IMG/VR virus record: IMGVR_UViG_3300027736_000027
Location: 46,951-110,950 of that record
Length of the DNA stretch: 64,000 nt
Direction: 5' to 3' (one strand)
Source of the DNA: a virus
In this document: positions 1 to 9,339 of the stretch, piece by piece
Numbering within the stretch: position 1 is the first letter of the stretch
Layout: every line of letters begins with the position of its first letter
Position numbers and translations under genes: made by a program
The notes under the pieces: generated by a model
Databases searched by the model: none
What the model was told of the DNA's origin: nothing
The model's input: only the letters and a program-made list of their open reading frames with translations

Positions 1-1893
1 AAAAGGGTTGAACGATTAAGCGGCAGCGACATGGGTGCAATGAGACAGGCCTCTCTTGATTTACGTAATAGACAACCGGTTAAGCCTAAAATATTTGAAG
101 AAGTTGCTGGTGAATTAATATTAAAATTAAGACAAATTAACAGGTCTGATATTATAGTTGAGCCTATTTCAAATACTCGAAACTATTATATTAAATTTCC
201 AACTGATATCGTTGAGTTAATGAAGTCTCTTAAATCAATTAATGAGTCTAAATTTGTTGATCTATTTGGAAAATGGAGAGATGTATTTCCAACCTATTCA
301 GATGCAATTAAATTTAAAATTGATGATGAAGACTCATTTCAAAGAAGCCATTTTCCCGGTGGAGGAATTCCACCTTCATTACGAGGTATTGGTCTAGGCT
401 ATAAAATGTACAGACAAGTATTAAAAACACTTGGCTATATTTCATCAAATCCATCTGGCTCAACTGAAAAGGATAAGGCTTGGGGTTCTCTACTTTCATT
501 TAAAGGAACCAATGGTATTGCAAATGAAGATGATGCTCATGCAATAATTGGAGTAAGAAATTGGTTAGCAATGGACAAAGCCTTGCCAACCGCTAAAAAA
601 ATTAAAGTTGCTGACTCTTTTATAGCTTCACTAGGTGGAACCAGCAGTACTTCACCAACTAAATTTGATATAGATGATGAGCTATTAGAAATTTTACCAA
701 ATACTGTATTAGTTAAATTAAACAGTGACTATATTCGATCGCTAGTTACAGATTCACGAATATCTAGAGAAAAGGCTGAGCAAATTGAGTCAAGTAGAGA
801 TGAAGCGGATCGCCTTGCTCAAGAACGCCAAGCTAGACAACAGCAAGTCGATCGAGAGAGACAAGCTAGAGAAGAAGTGGAAGTTCGCGAAAGACTTGCT
901 GACCGAATCAGACAATATGGTGCTGATCCAGATGCAGATTGGGATATTGGTGATTTTATTGTTGTGAAGACCTATCTATACGATGCAAACTATTCAGGGC
1001 TGCCAATTCGTAGAGTTGTTTCCAGAAATAATACAGAGTATCGAGCTGCCAAAATATCAGATGCAATCAGAATAGATAATGGAGAAATTACTCCAACTCA
1101 ATCAAATGATTCCAGAACAACAACCACAAAATCTTCATGGGTTAAGGTTAATATTAATCAAATACCTGACCTAACTAGAGTTAATTTATCAACTGCTGAA
1201 ATTAGATACGTTGAGGCCCTATTAAATCCAGAACTGGTTGCAGCTAGACAGGCTGAAGTAGAAGCGGCAACTGCCCGTAGATTAGAGACCGAGCGTACTC
1301 AAAATGCTGAGCGTGCTCAAAGTTTAGCTACATTTGGAACATTTCCGCCAACTGGTGCAGAACTTAAGCGCGACATGGCAAACCGGTCAGCGCTTAGAAA
1401 TTTTGAACTAGTAAAGAAATTTAAGTCACAAGATTTTACTAGAAATTTACAGTTTATTGTATTAGGCCCAGCACAAAGAGACATGTTTAGAAATAATTGG
1501 GGAATTCCAGTTTTTATTCCATGGAAAGGATCACAATATAACCCTAGACCAATTAGCAGCCTGGCTGAATTAACTGAGTCTAATGCTCAAAATATTACAC
1601 TAACCAATCCAGTAAATGGAGTTACCATAAATTATCCGTATGTTGGACTGGGTTTAACTGGCTATCAATTAAGTGAAGTTACAATGGATGATAAATTATC
1701 TGCAAGATCTGGTCAACACTATTATATTGCAGGTCACCAAAATGCATTTGGAATTATTGCGAAAAGTGAGTATGGTGCACGAAATACATCTGATCAGAAA
1801 TTTATTTATGTAAAAGCATATGGTTGGGGAGATCGTAGCGTGTCAGTTAGACTTGATCTACTTAGAAAGATTGGCGAGCCTATTCAAATTTAA
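1..1893 (+). CDS. Large hypothetical protein with a GNAT-acetyltransferase-like motif; probably 5'-truncated by the window edge
   Basis: Frame 1 is open from base 1 (KRVERLSGSD precedes the ATG at 31). PSLRGIGLGYKMY resembles the GNAT acetyl-CoA-binding motif A (R-G-x-G-x-G). Charged coiled-coil segments follow. Confidence 0.5.
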   Translation, partial: KRVERLSGSDMGAMRQASLDLRNRQPVKPKIFEEVAGELILKLRQINRSDIIVEPISNTRNYYIKFPTDIVELMKSLKSINESKFVDLFGKWRDVFPTYSDAIKFKIDDEDSFQRSHFPGGGIPPSLRGIGLGYKMYRQVLKTLGYISSNPSGSTEKDKAWGSLLSFKGTNGIANEDDAHAIIGVRNWLAMDKALPTAKKIKVADSFIASLGGTSSTSPTKFDIDDELLEILPNTVLVKLNSDYIRSLVTDSRISREKAEQIESSRDEADRLAQERQARQQQVDRERQAREEVEVRERLADRIRQYGADPDADWDIGDFIVVKTYLYDANYSGLPIRRVVSRNNTEYRAAKISDAIRIDNGEITPTQSNDSRTTTTKSSWVKVNINQIPDLTRVNLSTAEIRYVEALLNPELVAARQAEVEAATARRLETERTQNAERAQSLATFGTFPPTGAELKRDMANRSALRNFELVKKFKSQDFTRNLQFIVLGPAQRDMFRNNWGIPVFIPWKGSQYNPRPISSLAELTESNAQNITLTNPVNGVTINYPYVGLGLTGYQLSEVTMDDKLSARSGQHYYIAGHQNAFGIIAKSEYGARNTSDQKFIYVKAYGWGDRSVSVRLDLLRKIGEPIQI

Positions 1894-1896
1894 CCT

Positions 1897-2643
1897 TTAG
1901 ATAATTGGATGTAGTTTGTAAAATTTAGCAAGACGTTCCCTAAATTTAAAATAATATTCCTTCATTTCACTAGGACTAATTGAAAAGTGCTGAGGCTTAT
2001 CAGTAACCTCATTTGATATCCAAATTTTACAGGTGGTAGATTTAATATTAAGTCTATCCCAAATTGCAACTGAATAGGCTGCAACTTGATGTTTATAATC
2101 CTCTATCCATTTCTCGTCCTTTGGTTTTTTTGCAGTTTTAAAATCAACTACTCCAATATCTCCAGTTATTAACTCGGATACATTATCGACTGTTCCAGCA
2201 TAGCCGCCATCCCTAGAGGTCCATAGAAATTTTTCTTGAGCAATTACTTTGTGAATTTCATTAAATGAATTGGCCTTGATAAAATTGTAAAAGAGCATTC
2301 CGCCAACAATCTTAGCTCGGGTATCAAATTTTTCAATTTCGTCATCTAGTCTTGAAATTGATAGAGTCTCATCTAATCGGTCTTTTTGGCTTAGCGAACT
2401 TGGTAAATTTAGATAGAGTTCGCATAGTCTGTGCATCACAGTACCTCGATTTGCTGCATCCTGGCCAATTTGGTCAGCTTTTGCATGGCCAATTCGGTCT
2501 CTCCATTGATTGAGCCCGGTTTTGTCAGAGGTTTCCCCCAATACTGTTGTAACACTAGGAAAGGTTCCAACTATTCCAGACTCATTAATTACTTGATAAT
2601 ATCTGAATCCGTTTATTACTACTCTTTTTATTTTGTCGGCCAT
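1897..2643 (-). CDS. PD-(D/E)XK exonuclease (RecB/Cas4/MGME1-like phage exonuclease)
   Basis: Motifs FPSVTTVLG, RGTVMH, YAGTVD, VVDFKT and HQVAAY. Confidence 0.85.
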   Translation of the reverse strand: MADKIKRVVINGFRYYQVINESGIVGTFPSVTTVLGETSDKTGLNQWRDRIGHAKADQIGQDAANRGTVMHRLCELYLNLPSSLSQKDRLDETLSISRLDDEIEKFDTRAKIVGGMLFYNFIKANSFNEIHKVIAQEKFLWTSRDGGYAGTVDNVSELITGDIGVVDFKTAKKPKDEKWIEDYKHQVAAYSVAIWDRLNIKSTTCKIWISNEVTDKPQHFSISPSEMKEYYFKFRERLAKFYKLHPII

Positions 2644-2700
2644 GTGTTGATAAATAGATATAATTAATACTCTAATACAAAAAATATAGTTAAAGTTTAT

Positions 2701-3063
2701 ATGCTTAAGAAATTTGATGAATTTAATCAGGAATTAAATGAAGGATTTTGGGATTGGTTAACTGGAAAATCTGAAACAGGTGACGCTAAAAAACCTAAAA
2801 AGAGCAAGGACGATGGCCCCGGTATAACCGATTCAACTACTAACGACTATTATAAAACACTACAAGACTTTGCTGATTCAGGAAAGTCAATCGCAGTTCA
2901 AAAATATGGCAGTATGGAATATTCTAAAATGGTTGAAGATATTCAAATTGCTCTGAAATTTTTAGGATATCCACTTCCCAAATATGGAGTAGATGGATAC
3001 TTTGGTAAAGAGACATTTGACTCAATTGCTAAGTTTAACACTGATACTATAAGTAAAAAATAA
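2701..3063 (+). CDS. Peptidoglycan-binding domain protein with a capsid-targeting-like N-terminus
   Basis: VEDIQIALKFLGY...GVDGYFGKET matches the PG_binding_1 pattern; N-terminus MLKKFDEFNQELNE. Confidence 0.75.
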   Translation: MLKKFDEFNQELNEGFWDWLTGKSETGDAKKPKKSKDDGPGITDSTTNDYYKTLQDFADSGKSIAVQKYGSMEYSKMVEDIQIALKFLGYPLPKYGVDGYFGKETFDSIAKFNTDTISKK

Positions 3064-3072
3064 ATAAATTAA

Positions 3073-4323
3073 ATGATACGCAGTTTTAGCAAATTTATAA
3101 AAACACTTAATGAGTCAACCCTAATGTCACCATTGCCTGTCTTTAATGTAACTCACCCATTTGGAGAACCCAGGACATCACGTCCGCATAATGGTGTTGA
3201 TTTGGCGACATATAGAGATGGAAAAATTGCATCTGGAGTGCCAGTTACTTCACCAGCTGACGGAGAGGTAATTGTTGCTAATATAAATGGTAATAGTATG
3301 TGTGGCGGAACTATTAGAATTAAACATGCTAATAATATTGTAACCGGTTATTGTCATATTAAACAAGTTGATGTAAAAACCGGGGACCAAGTTAAACAGG
3401 GCCAAGTTATTGGATTAAGCGGTGGTGGAGCTGGTGATATAGGAAAAGGCAATTCAACCGGACCGCATTTACATTTTACCGTTACTGTAAATAATGAGGT
3501 GGTTGATCCAGCTGAATATATTGATAAACTTAATTTGCCACAATCTACTGAAAAAGTTGATGATAACACTGTATTAATTAATGCTGATTTAATTAACAGA
3601 TTAATTAAAAAGTTGAAGGAGAAGAATTTTAGCCAAAGCGATTTAAGCGCCTATTCTAAATCTAGCGATTCCAAATCTAGTGGTGGATCACAGTCTACTG
3701 GTAATATTAATATTAGTTCTGGAAACTTTGACACAAATCAAAAAGAAAATATTTCATTATTAATTAGTTCAATGACAGCTAAAGGAATAACTGATCCACT
3801 TACCCAAATAGGTATATTATCCGTAATTTCAAAAGAGTGTAATTTTAAACCTAAAAGTGAAGTTGGATATGACACAACCTCAAACTCAAGAATTAAAGGA
3901 ATATTTGGAAGTAGAGTTAGCAGCTTATCTGATTCAGAATTAGATGCTCTTAAGAGTAAGCCTGAAGATTTTTTTAATTTGGTTTATGCAAATATTATTG
4001 GTAATGGACCAGCGTCAAGTGGAGACGGTTGGACATATAGAGGTCGTGGATTTAACCAGTTAACCGGTAGAGCTAATTATAAAAAATACGGAAATATAAT
4101 AGGTAAAGACCTAGTTGGCAATCCGGATTTGGTAAACGATCCTAAAATAGCTGCAGATATTGCAATAGCATTTGCAACAAAAGGAAAACCTGCATCAAAC
4201 TTTCCAACCTTTACTGATAAAACTGCCGCTGCTGAATTTTTTGCAGATATTAACGCAGGCGGCGGAGTAAGTAGCCATCGAAGTCATGCAGTTGCTGCCA
4301 CTAATAAGTTTAATATTGCATAA
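3073..4323 (+). CDS. Two-domain peptidoglycan hydrolase: M23 peptidase + GH19 lysozyme/chitinase-like domain
   Basis: M23 Zn motifs HNGVD, YCH and GPHLHF; GH19 signature YRGRGFNQLTGRANY. Confidence 0.88.
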   Translation: MIRSFSKFIKTLNESTLMSPLPVFNVTHPFGEPRTSRPHNGVDLATYRDGKIASGVPVTSPADGEVIVANINGNSMCGGTIRIKHANNIVTGYCHIKQVDVKTGDQVKQGQVIGLSGGGAGDIGKGNSTGPHLHFTVTVNNEVVDPAEYIDKLNLPQSTEKVDDNTVLINADLINRLIKKLKEKNFSQSDLSAYSKSSDSKSSGGSQSTGNINISSGNFDTNQKENISLLISSMTAKGITDPLTQIGILSVISKECNFKPKSEVGYDTTSNSRIKGIFGSRVSSLSDSELDALKSKPEDFFNLVYANIIGNGPASSGDGWTYRGRGFNQLTGRANYKKYGNIIGKDLVGNPDLVNDPKIAADIAIAFATKGKPASNFPTFTDKTAAAEFFADINAGGGVSSHRSHAVAATNKFNIA

Positions 4324-4417
4324 TATTTAGTATTTCAGATACTATTCCAATAACTACTACCGTAATCATTAATGTAATACCGATACAGTCAACTGCTTTA
4401 TTTAGGAAAGTTTTCAT
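4310..4417 (-). CDS. Small membrane peptide (35 aa); the likely real start lies inside the listed 65-aa ORF
   Basis: MKTFLNKAVDCIGITLMITVVVIGIVSEILNIMQY has one hydrophobic helix and an A-rich upstream region. Confidence 0.35.
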   Translation of the reverse strand: MKTFLNKAVDCIGITLMITVVVIGIVSEILNIMQY

Positions 4418-4427
4418 ATGTTTTTTA

Positions 4428-4787
4428 TTAAAGATTAATTTCTCTCCATGGAGTCTCTTGACCGAACCATTCCCGAATCTCTCCAGGTTTAGGCTGCGAA
4501 CTTTCATAATTTGACCGCTCTTTATCTAAATATTTTTTTACATTAGCAGCTTTCATTGATTCAGAAATAGTGGTCCAAGTATTAGCCAGGTCAGCCAATA
4601 CAGAATCTTCAAAATTATATAGTAGACCATCTCGGTCAATCAGCACCCATTTTGCTGAATCTAATATAGCCCATCTGGTTGAAGTGGTTACCCCATATAA
4701 AAATAGCATACGCGACTCTTCAAGTTCACCGTGCTCTTTAACTAGTTGAGTGAACACTAAGTTCCCCAAGTCTATTAAGTCCTTCAT
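4428..4787 (-). CDS. Hypothetical protein
   Basis: ORF track 4428..4820; MKDLIDLG chosen as start to reduce overlap with the upstream gene. Confidence 0.5.
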   Translation of the reverse strand: MKDLIDLGNLVFTQLVKEHGELEESRMLFLYGVTTSTRWAILDSAKWVLIDRDGLLYNFEDSVLADLANTWTTISESMKAANVKKYLDKERSNYESSQPKPGEIREWFGQETPWREINL

Positions 4788-5379
4788 TATGTTTCTGTAT
4801 TGTTTGTTTAACCCATTCAAAATTTACTGGCGTATAATCCGTCAAGCAGGTACACACTGAATAGGCATTTTTTATTGGGTGCACAATTGTGTGTGAGTGA
4901 CCGTATAAATGATATGCACCATGGTGCTTTCCATTAAATTCAAGAATTGGATAGTGGAATAAGACAATTCTTCGATAACCAATTTGTTGGTCAGAATCAG
5001 GAAAGAAAATCTCATCATACTCTTTAAACTCTATAATCTTTGCGGCTTCACTAAGTTCTCTAAACCACATGTCGGTTATATGAGTATCGTGATTACCCTT
5101 TAACCAAATAATATTTCCATTAAGCTGACTAAAAATCCATTTAAGATAACTCAATTTAATTCGATACATTGAAGCATCACCTAGGAAAAAAACAGTATCG
5201 TCTTCCTGTACAACTGAATTCCAACGAGCAATTATTTCAGTATCATGCTCTTCAATTGACTTAAAGTTATGGAAACCTTCCTCAAATCTTAAAACATTAC
5301 TATGATCAAAATGTGGATCACTTATAAACCAGGTCTTGGCTGGGTCGTATATTTTATTGGGCGGTATTTGTATGCTCAT
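4738..5379 (-). CDS. Calcineurin-like metallophosphoesterase
   Basis: Motifs ISDPHFDH, LGD, KGNHD, FHYP and YGHSH. Confidence 0.9.
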   Translation of the reverse strand: MSIQIPPNKIYDPAKTWFISDPHFDHSNVLRFEEGFHNFKSIEEHDTEIIARWNSVVQEDDTVFFLGDASMYRIKLSYLKWIFSQLNGNIIWLKGNHDTHITDMWFRELSEAAKIIEFKEYDEIFFPDSDQQIGYRRIVLFHYPILEFNGKHHGAYHLYGHSHTIVHPIKNAYSVCTCLTDYTPVNFEWVKQTIQKHNEGLNRLGELSVHSTS

Positions 5380-6440
5380 GCTAGTTTTTTACTAACATAC
5401 TCAAAAGCGGTTTCGGCATCACTCATAACCTTAGCTCGTTGTTGATGGGCTAGATCAGTTTCAGCCTTATTATATTTAGACGAAGACGTGTGCTTGTCTA
5501 TTTTTATTTTGTAAATATTAACGACTTCCTGTAAGAATTCTTGAGAGTTCTTGTATTTAGATTTAGGCAGCTCAAATGTACCATTTTGCTCTAGCGTTCT
5601 GGCAAATCCCAAAATACCATTGCAAATCTGTTCAAGACTTAATGCAGTCACATCAATACCAGGGTGCTGTTGCAAGTATTGATCAAGCTGAACTGCTCGC
5701 TTCTCTCCACGCGTAAATTCATCAGTGAATTCTGCAAGCTGGGCTAGGAACCGGTTAAAATCTCTGGTGACAATTCTCTCTTCAACTCCCTTACGTAATA
5801 ATGGATTAACCAGCTCTCCGCCTTTAATCTTGGCAACAACACCTCGATCAGTTACCGAAACATCAAGCGCATTACCAAATGCTTGATATAAGAAACCTAC
5901 AACAAATCCTTTAATACCCCGAATTGGCGTATATCTGGCTTTTGCCCAATCTGATGAGTAATTAAATGTTGAAATAATATCGACTTGTACAGGTCCATCC
6001 TTTAAATTTATGACTAACTTAAGGGTACCTTCAGAGATGGCACTGGTTTCTTCTTTATCTAGGTCAGGTCGAGTTGTCTTGGCTAACCACTGTAAAAAAA
6101 GACCATTATATTTTTTAAGAGTATCAATTTCAGCTTGACGGCCTTGAGGCTCATTGAGCGGATACATTACAATAATATCAACATCACCATATGCCTTTTC
6201 AGGATTCTCTTCAAGATCCTTTTTGAAATAGACGCCTGATCCGCCAGGACCAACTACGGTTAATGAATCAAATCCATGAGCCTGTGCCCATTGATTAAAA
6301 TCGTTAAAAATATTTTCAAGAACCCCAATTGCCTCCTGTAAAACAGCCGGCGTTATTTTGGTTCCCTGCGTTTTAGTTGTTGCCCAGCCACCCATTTCAT
6401 TTATTTGTAAAAAGTCAGTAAATGATTTAATATTCTTCAA
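5376..6440 (-). CDS. Pol-beta-superfamily nucleotidyltransferase-like protein with a capsid-targeting-like N-terminus
   Basis: GGSG...YGDVDIIV...VQVDII gives GS, DxD and a third Asp; TTG start, MKNIKSFTDFLQINE. Confidence 0.6.
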   Translation of the reverse strand: MKNIKSFTDFLQINEMGGWATTKTQGTKITPAVLQEAIGVLENIFNDFNQWAQAHGFDSLTVVGPGGSGVYFKKDLEENPEKAYGDVDIIVMYPLNEPQGRQAEIDTLKKYNGLFLQWLAKTTRPDLDKEETSAISEGTLKLVINLKDGPVQVDIISTFNYSSDWAKARYTPIRGIKGFVVGFLYQAFGNALDVSVTDRGVVAKIKGGELVNPLLRKGVEERIVTRDFNRFLAQLAEFTDEFTRGEKRAVQLDQYLQQHPGIDVTALSLEQICNGILGFARTLEQNGTFELPKSKYKNSQEFLQEVVNIYKIKIDKHTSSSKYNKAETDLAHQQRAKVMSDAETAFEYVSKKLA

Positions 6441-6464
6441 AACTCTTAATATTCTTTTTGTTAT

Positions 6465-7271
6465 TTATCGCTGAAGAGTTGGCACCCAATGTGTAGTACG
6501 GCCATCTAGAGTCTCTTCACGAATAACAGTATTTCCGTTGAGATCGGTCTTTTGTGCATAGACCTCAAACTCAAAAGTAAATCCTCCAGTTTCTCCATTT
6601 ACTTGTCGATAATTTCTAATACTTGCTCCGCCTTGATCATATGAAGCCTGCATTATTAATTTACCCCAATTCCATAATTGACAAATCTCATCTTGTGTTA
6701 AATCTTGCACCAATCGATGTGGCGATATCAGGCAGCGATAAAGCATTTCACATTTAATATAGTTACCTATACCAGCAAATAGAGACTGGTTCATTAGGGC
6801 TTCAGCAACCGTTTTTTTCTGAATTTTAGGAATCTCAACTTTTCTAATAAAATCATAAATGCTCGAAGTTTGATCGTTTAACATATCTAGTCCAAGACTT
6901 GACAGTTTTTTTGAAAGCTCTGACTTCAGTGTAAACTTTAAGGTGCCAAATCGGCGCTGATCAACAAAGTACAGAGAAGTATCATCGTCAAAACCTATTC
7001 GGAAATGACTATGTGGTTTAAGGCCGGTTGACCAATAACCGCTCATGCCCAGTGTTATCCACAGGCAAGTCTCGTCACTAAATTCCAACCAGATAAATTT
7101 ACCTTTAACTCCTCCACCGCTCACACGGACTGGCACTGATGTTTTAACCGTAAGATCTGGTGCCCTTTTTAAGAAACGGCCACCAAGTACCTCAAATTGA
7201 GAAATTGTTTTATTTTTAGCGAATTCTGAGATTCCCTCATAAACTCGTCTGCATTCCGGTCCCTCAGGCAT
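6465..7271 (-). CDS. nei: Fpg/Nei family DNA glycosylase/AP lyase, zincless-finger type
   Basis: True start MPEGPE at 7271 (catalytic Pro2-Glu3); KGKFIW, LGMSG, DQRRFG, H2TH motif GIGNYIKCE; C-terminal GRTTHWVP has no Cys finger. Confidence 0.9.
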   Translation of the reverse strand: MPEGPECRRVYEGISEFAKNKTISQFEVLGGRFLKRAPDLTVKTSVPVRVSGGGVKGKFIWLEFSDETCLWITLGMSGYWSTGLKPHSHFRIGFDDDTSLYFVDQRRFGTLKFTLKSELSKKLSSLGLDMLNDQTSSIYDFIRKVEIPKIQKKTVAEALMNQSLFAGIGNYIKCEMLYRCLISPHRLVQDLTQDEICQLWNWGKLIMQASYDQGGASIRNYRQVNGETGGFTFEFEVYAQKTDLNGNTVIREETLDGRTTHWVPTLQR

Positions 7272-7307
7272 TATATAAATAACTTTATAAAAATATACCA
7301 AAAACAA

Positions 7308-7775
7308 ATGAAAAAATACGTTGAAATTTTTGAAAAGTTTGAAAAAGCTTTTGACAATATGCCAATTAAGAAAAAGAAGGTTGATCAAGATGCAGATGGT
7401 GATACTGATTTTATTGATGCAAAAGTTGCTCAATATCAAAAGGGCGGTATGACAAAAGGGCAAGCAATCGCAAAGGCAAAACAGTTTGCAAAAAAGAATA
7501 ACATCAAGGACTCTAATAAGTCAGTAAAAGAGGGCCTTTTTAATAGATTTATGAAACCTTCTATTGATCAAGCCTCTGATGATTCAGTAAAGGGTCAAGG
7601 ACACAGCCACCGAGGTAATGATGATTTTGCTACACCCGCTGGAGAATATATTATGTTCAACGGTCAAAAATTTAGCCAAGACGAAATTGATTATGCTGAT
7701 TATAACGATCTTGGCAAAATTCCTAGAGTTGAAGATGGCATGTTAATTATTGCCAATCCAAATTGGAATAATTAA
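7308..7775 (+). CDS. Hypothetical protein, possibly a head-internal protein
   Basis: MKKYVEIFEKFE N-terminus; EF-hand-like DQDADGDTD; TATAAATA upstream. Confidence 0.6.
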   Translation: MKKYVEIFEKFEKAFDNMPIKKKKVDQDADGDTDFIDAKVAQYQKGGMTKGQAIAKAKQFAKKNNIKDSNKSVKEGLFNRFMKPSIDQASDDSVKGQGHSHRGNDDFATPAGEYIMFNGQKFSQDEIDYADYNDLGKIPRVEDGMLIIANPNWNN

Positions 7776-7828
7776 TTTAAAACTGGTTAGCCGTTTCAAG
7801 TAAAACATATCAAATCAAAACTTAAAAT

Positions 7829-8026
7829 ATGTATTATTTAGCAAAACTACGCTTTGAGTCAGAAGATGACAATGGCAAAACAAAAAAAATTAGAGAACAA
7901 TATTTGGTACAGGCCTCATCAGTTGGGGAAGCTGAACAAAAATTAATGGATCGATTTGGTCAAGGAATTTCGCCTTGCCAATTAGAGGCAGTTCAGGAGT
8001 CTAAAATATTAGGACTAATTGAGTAA
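7829..8026 (+). CDS. DUF4494-like small protein
   Basis: YLAKLRFE...GKTKKIREQYLVQASSVGEAE resembles the Bacteroidota DUF4494 N-terminal unit (recalled, not searched). Confidence 0.6.
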   Translation: MYYLAKLRFESEDDNGKTKKIREQYLVQASSVGEAEQKLMDRFGQGISPCQLEAVQESKILGLIE

Positions 8027-8028
8027 TT

Positions 8029-8054
8029 AAAAAAAGGGACGTAAGTCCCTTTTT
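8029..8054. terminator. Bidirectional intrinsic terminator
   Basis: AAAAAAAGGGAC-GTAA-GTCCCTTTTT between convergent genes. Confidence 0.85.
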
Positions 8055-8067
8055 AAGTTTTTAAAGA

Positions 8068-8340
8068 TTACCATAATGGAGTTTCTCCGATTTGATCAAG
8101 TGCACAGTGAAAGCCTTGAAGCCGAGTTTTTGCTTCTAAAAAACAGCCACACAGTTTACATCTGGTAAATGTTGAGTCAAAGTGATCACACGTTTTACAA
8201 ATAGAAAGCCTATGATTTTTAGTAGATTCTGAAACAAATACCTTATTTATTATTTTAGAAAGAATTGTTGGCTGTGGAGTCTTTATTGCTGAAGAGCCAC
8301 CGCATCCGCAGTCTTCAGTCGTTGTGTTAGTTGTATCCAT
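8068..8340 (-). CDS. Small Cys-rich (metal-binding) protein, DUF6171-like
   Basis: RLSICKTC...RCKLCGCF...C...W pattern. Confidence 0.6.
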   Translation of the reverse strand: MDTTNTTTEDCGCGGSSAIKTPQPTILSKIINKVFVSESTKNHRLSICKTCDHFDSTFTRCKLCGCFLEAKTRLQGFHCALDQIGETPLW

Positions 8341-9315
8341 TTAGGATTGATTTTTTTCTAATATACTTTTATCATCAAATGGTAAATAGGTTTCACGTAG
8401 ATTTGCAAAGTACATTCGATATTTAATTAGGGCAAGGTCTTTCATTTTACACTCAAGCTCGATATCAAACGTACGGTTATAGGTATTTATTTGTTCATAA
8501 ATATAGTCCGCATGAGACCGCGCAATTACTGATGCATCTTCGTAGGTTTTTTTGCAACTTGAATAATGAGTTAATTGAGTAGCATTACCCCAAGTGGTTG
8601 AGGCTAGAATTAAAGCCTCTTCTTCAGTAAGCCCGCTGGTATTAAATCGGTGATGGTGAAAGTCAAAGGTAATTGGTGTTGATATTTTTTTATAAATTAA
8701 ATTATATAGGTCAACTACTGAATATTGAGTTTCTTTATCATCATTTTCAACAACAAGCCGCTTTTTTGTATTGGCTGATAACTTTTCAAAGTTAATACAG
8801 AATCGCTCAGCTGCTGCCTCTTTATCACCATACGTGCCGCCAACATGGATATTAATTGGAAACTCATGAGTTAACGGCAAGCCCATCAGATCCATAATTT
8901 CACAGTGCTGATCCAGATCCTTTAGCGTTTTTCTAACAACTGACTCGTTTGGAGATGGTAATACATCAAATTGACCAGGGTGCATTGATATGCGTATACC
9001 ATTTGCGGTAACAAACTCGCCAATCTTTTGTAAATCCTTTAAAATTTCAGAAAAATTAGGAAGCTTTTGAATTTCATATTCTGACATCCATGGAAAAATA
9101 TCGCTTGATATTCGATATACATAGATTTCATGTGTTAGATTCCAGCTTAGAATTGCAAGAACATCTTTTATATTTTGGTGTGCTAATAAACTACAGTAGT
9201 CTTGACCTTTTGCCTGAAAGGTCCTCTTAATCATTCCACGATTTGCTGTAATTTTTCTACTGGCTAATGATAAATTAATACAACAATAGCCCAAACGTAC
9301 ATTATTATCTTTCAT
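8341..9315 (-). CDS. uvsE: UV-damage endonuclease (UvsE/Uve1)
   Basis: RLGYCCIN, YRISSDIFP, SMHPGQF, NIHVGG, LVVENDD, FDFHHH, HADY, ELECKMKD. Confidence 0.93.
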   Translation of the reverse strand: MKDNNVRLGYCCINLSLASRKITANRGMIKRTFQAKGQDYCSLLAHQNIKDVLAILSWNLTHEIYVYRISSDIFPWMSEYEIQKLPNFSEILKDLQKIGEFVTANGIRISMHPGQFDVLPSPNESVVRKTLKDLDQHCEIMDLMGLPLTHEFPINIHVGGTYGDKEAAAERFCINFEKLSANTKKRLVVENDDKETQYSVVDLYNLIYKKISTPITFDFHHHRFNTSGLTEEEALILASTTWGNATQLTHYSSCKKTYEDASVIARSHADYIYEQINTYNRTFDIELECKMKDLALIKYRMYFANLRETYLPFDDKSILEKNQS

Positions 9316-9321
9316 AATATT

Positions 9322-9330
9322 ATTATACTA
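9322..9330 (-). promoter_or_regulatory. TAGTATAAT -10-like element, 6 nt before the uvsE ATG
   Basis: The same motif recurs at 12174-12182, 21539-21547, 22561-22569, 45201-45209 and 61876-61884. Confidence 0.6.
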
Positions 9331-9339
9331 CAAAATATA

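Noticed and set aside
1897-2643. Cas4 / CRISPR adaptation gene
   Set aside because: No four-Cys Fe-S motif and no array; it is a generic phage PD-(D/E)XK exonuclease.
7272-7463. N-terminal 64 aa of the listed 332-aa Fpg/Nei ORF
   Set aside because: Fpg/Nei requires an N-terminal Pro, so the real start is MPEGPE at 7271; the extension overlaps the divergent gene at 7308.
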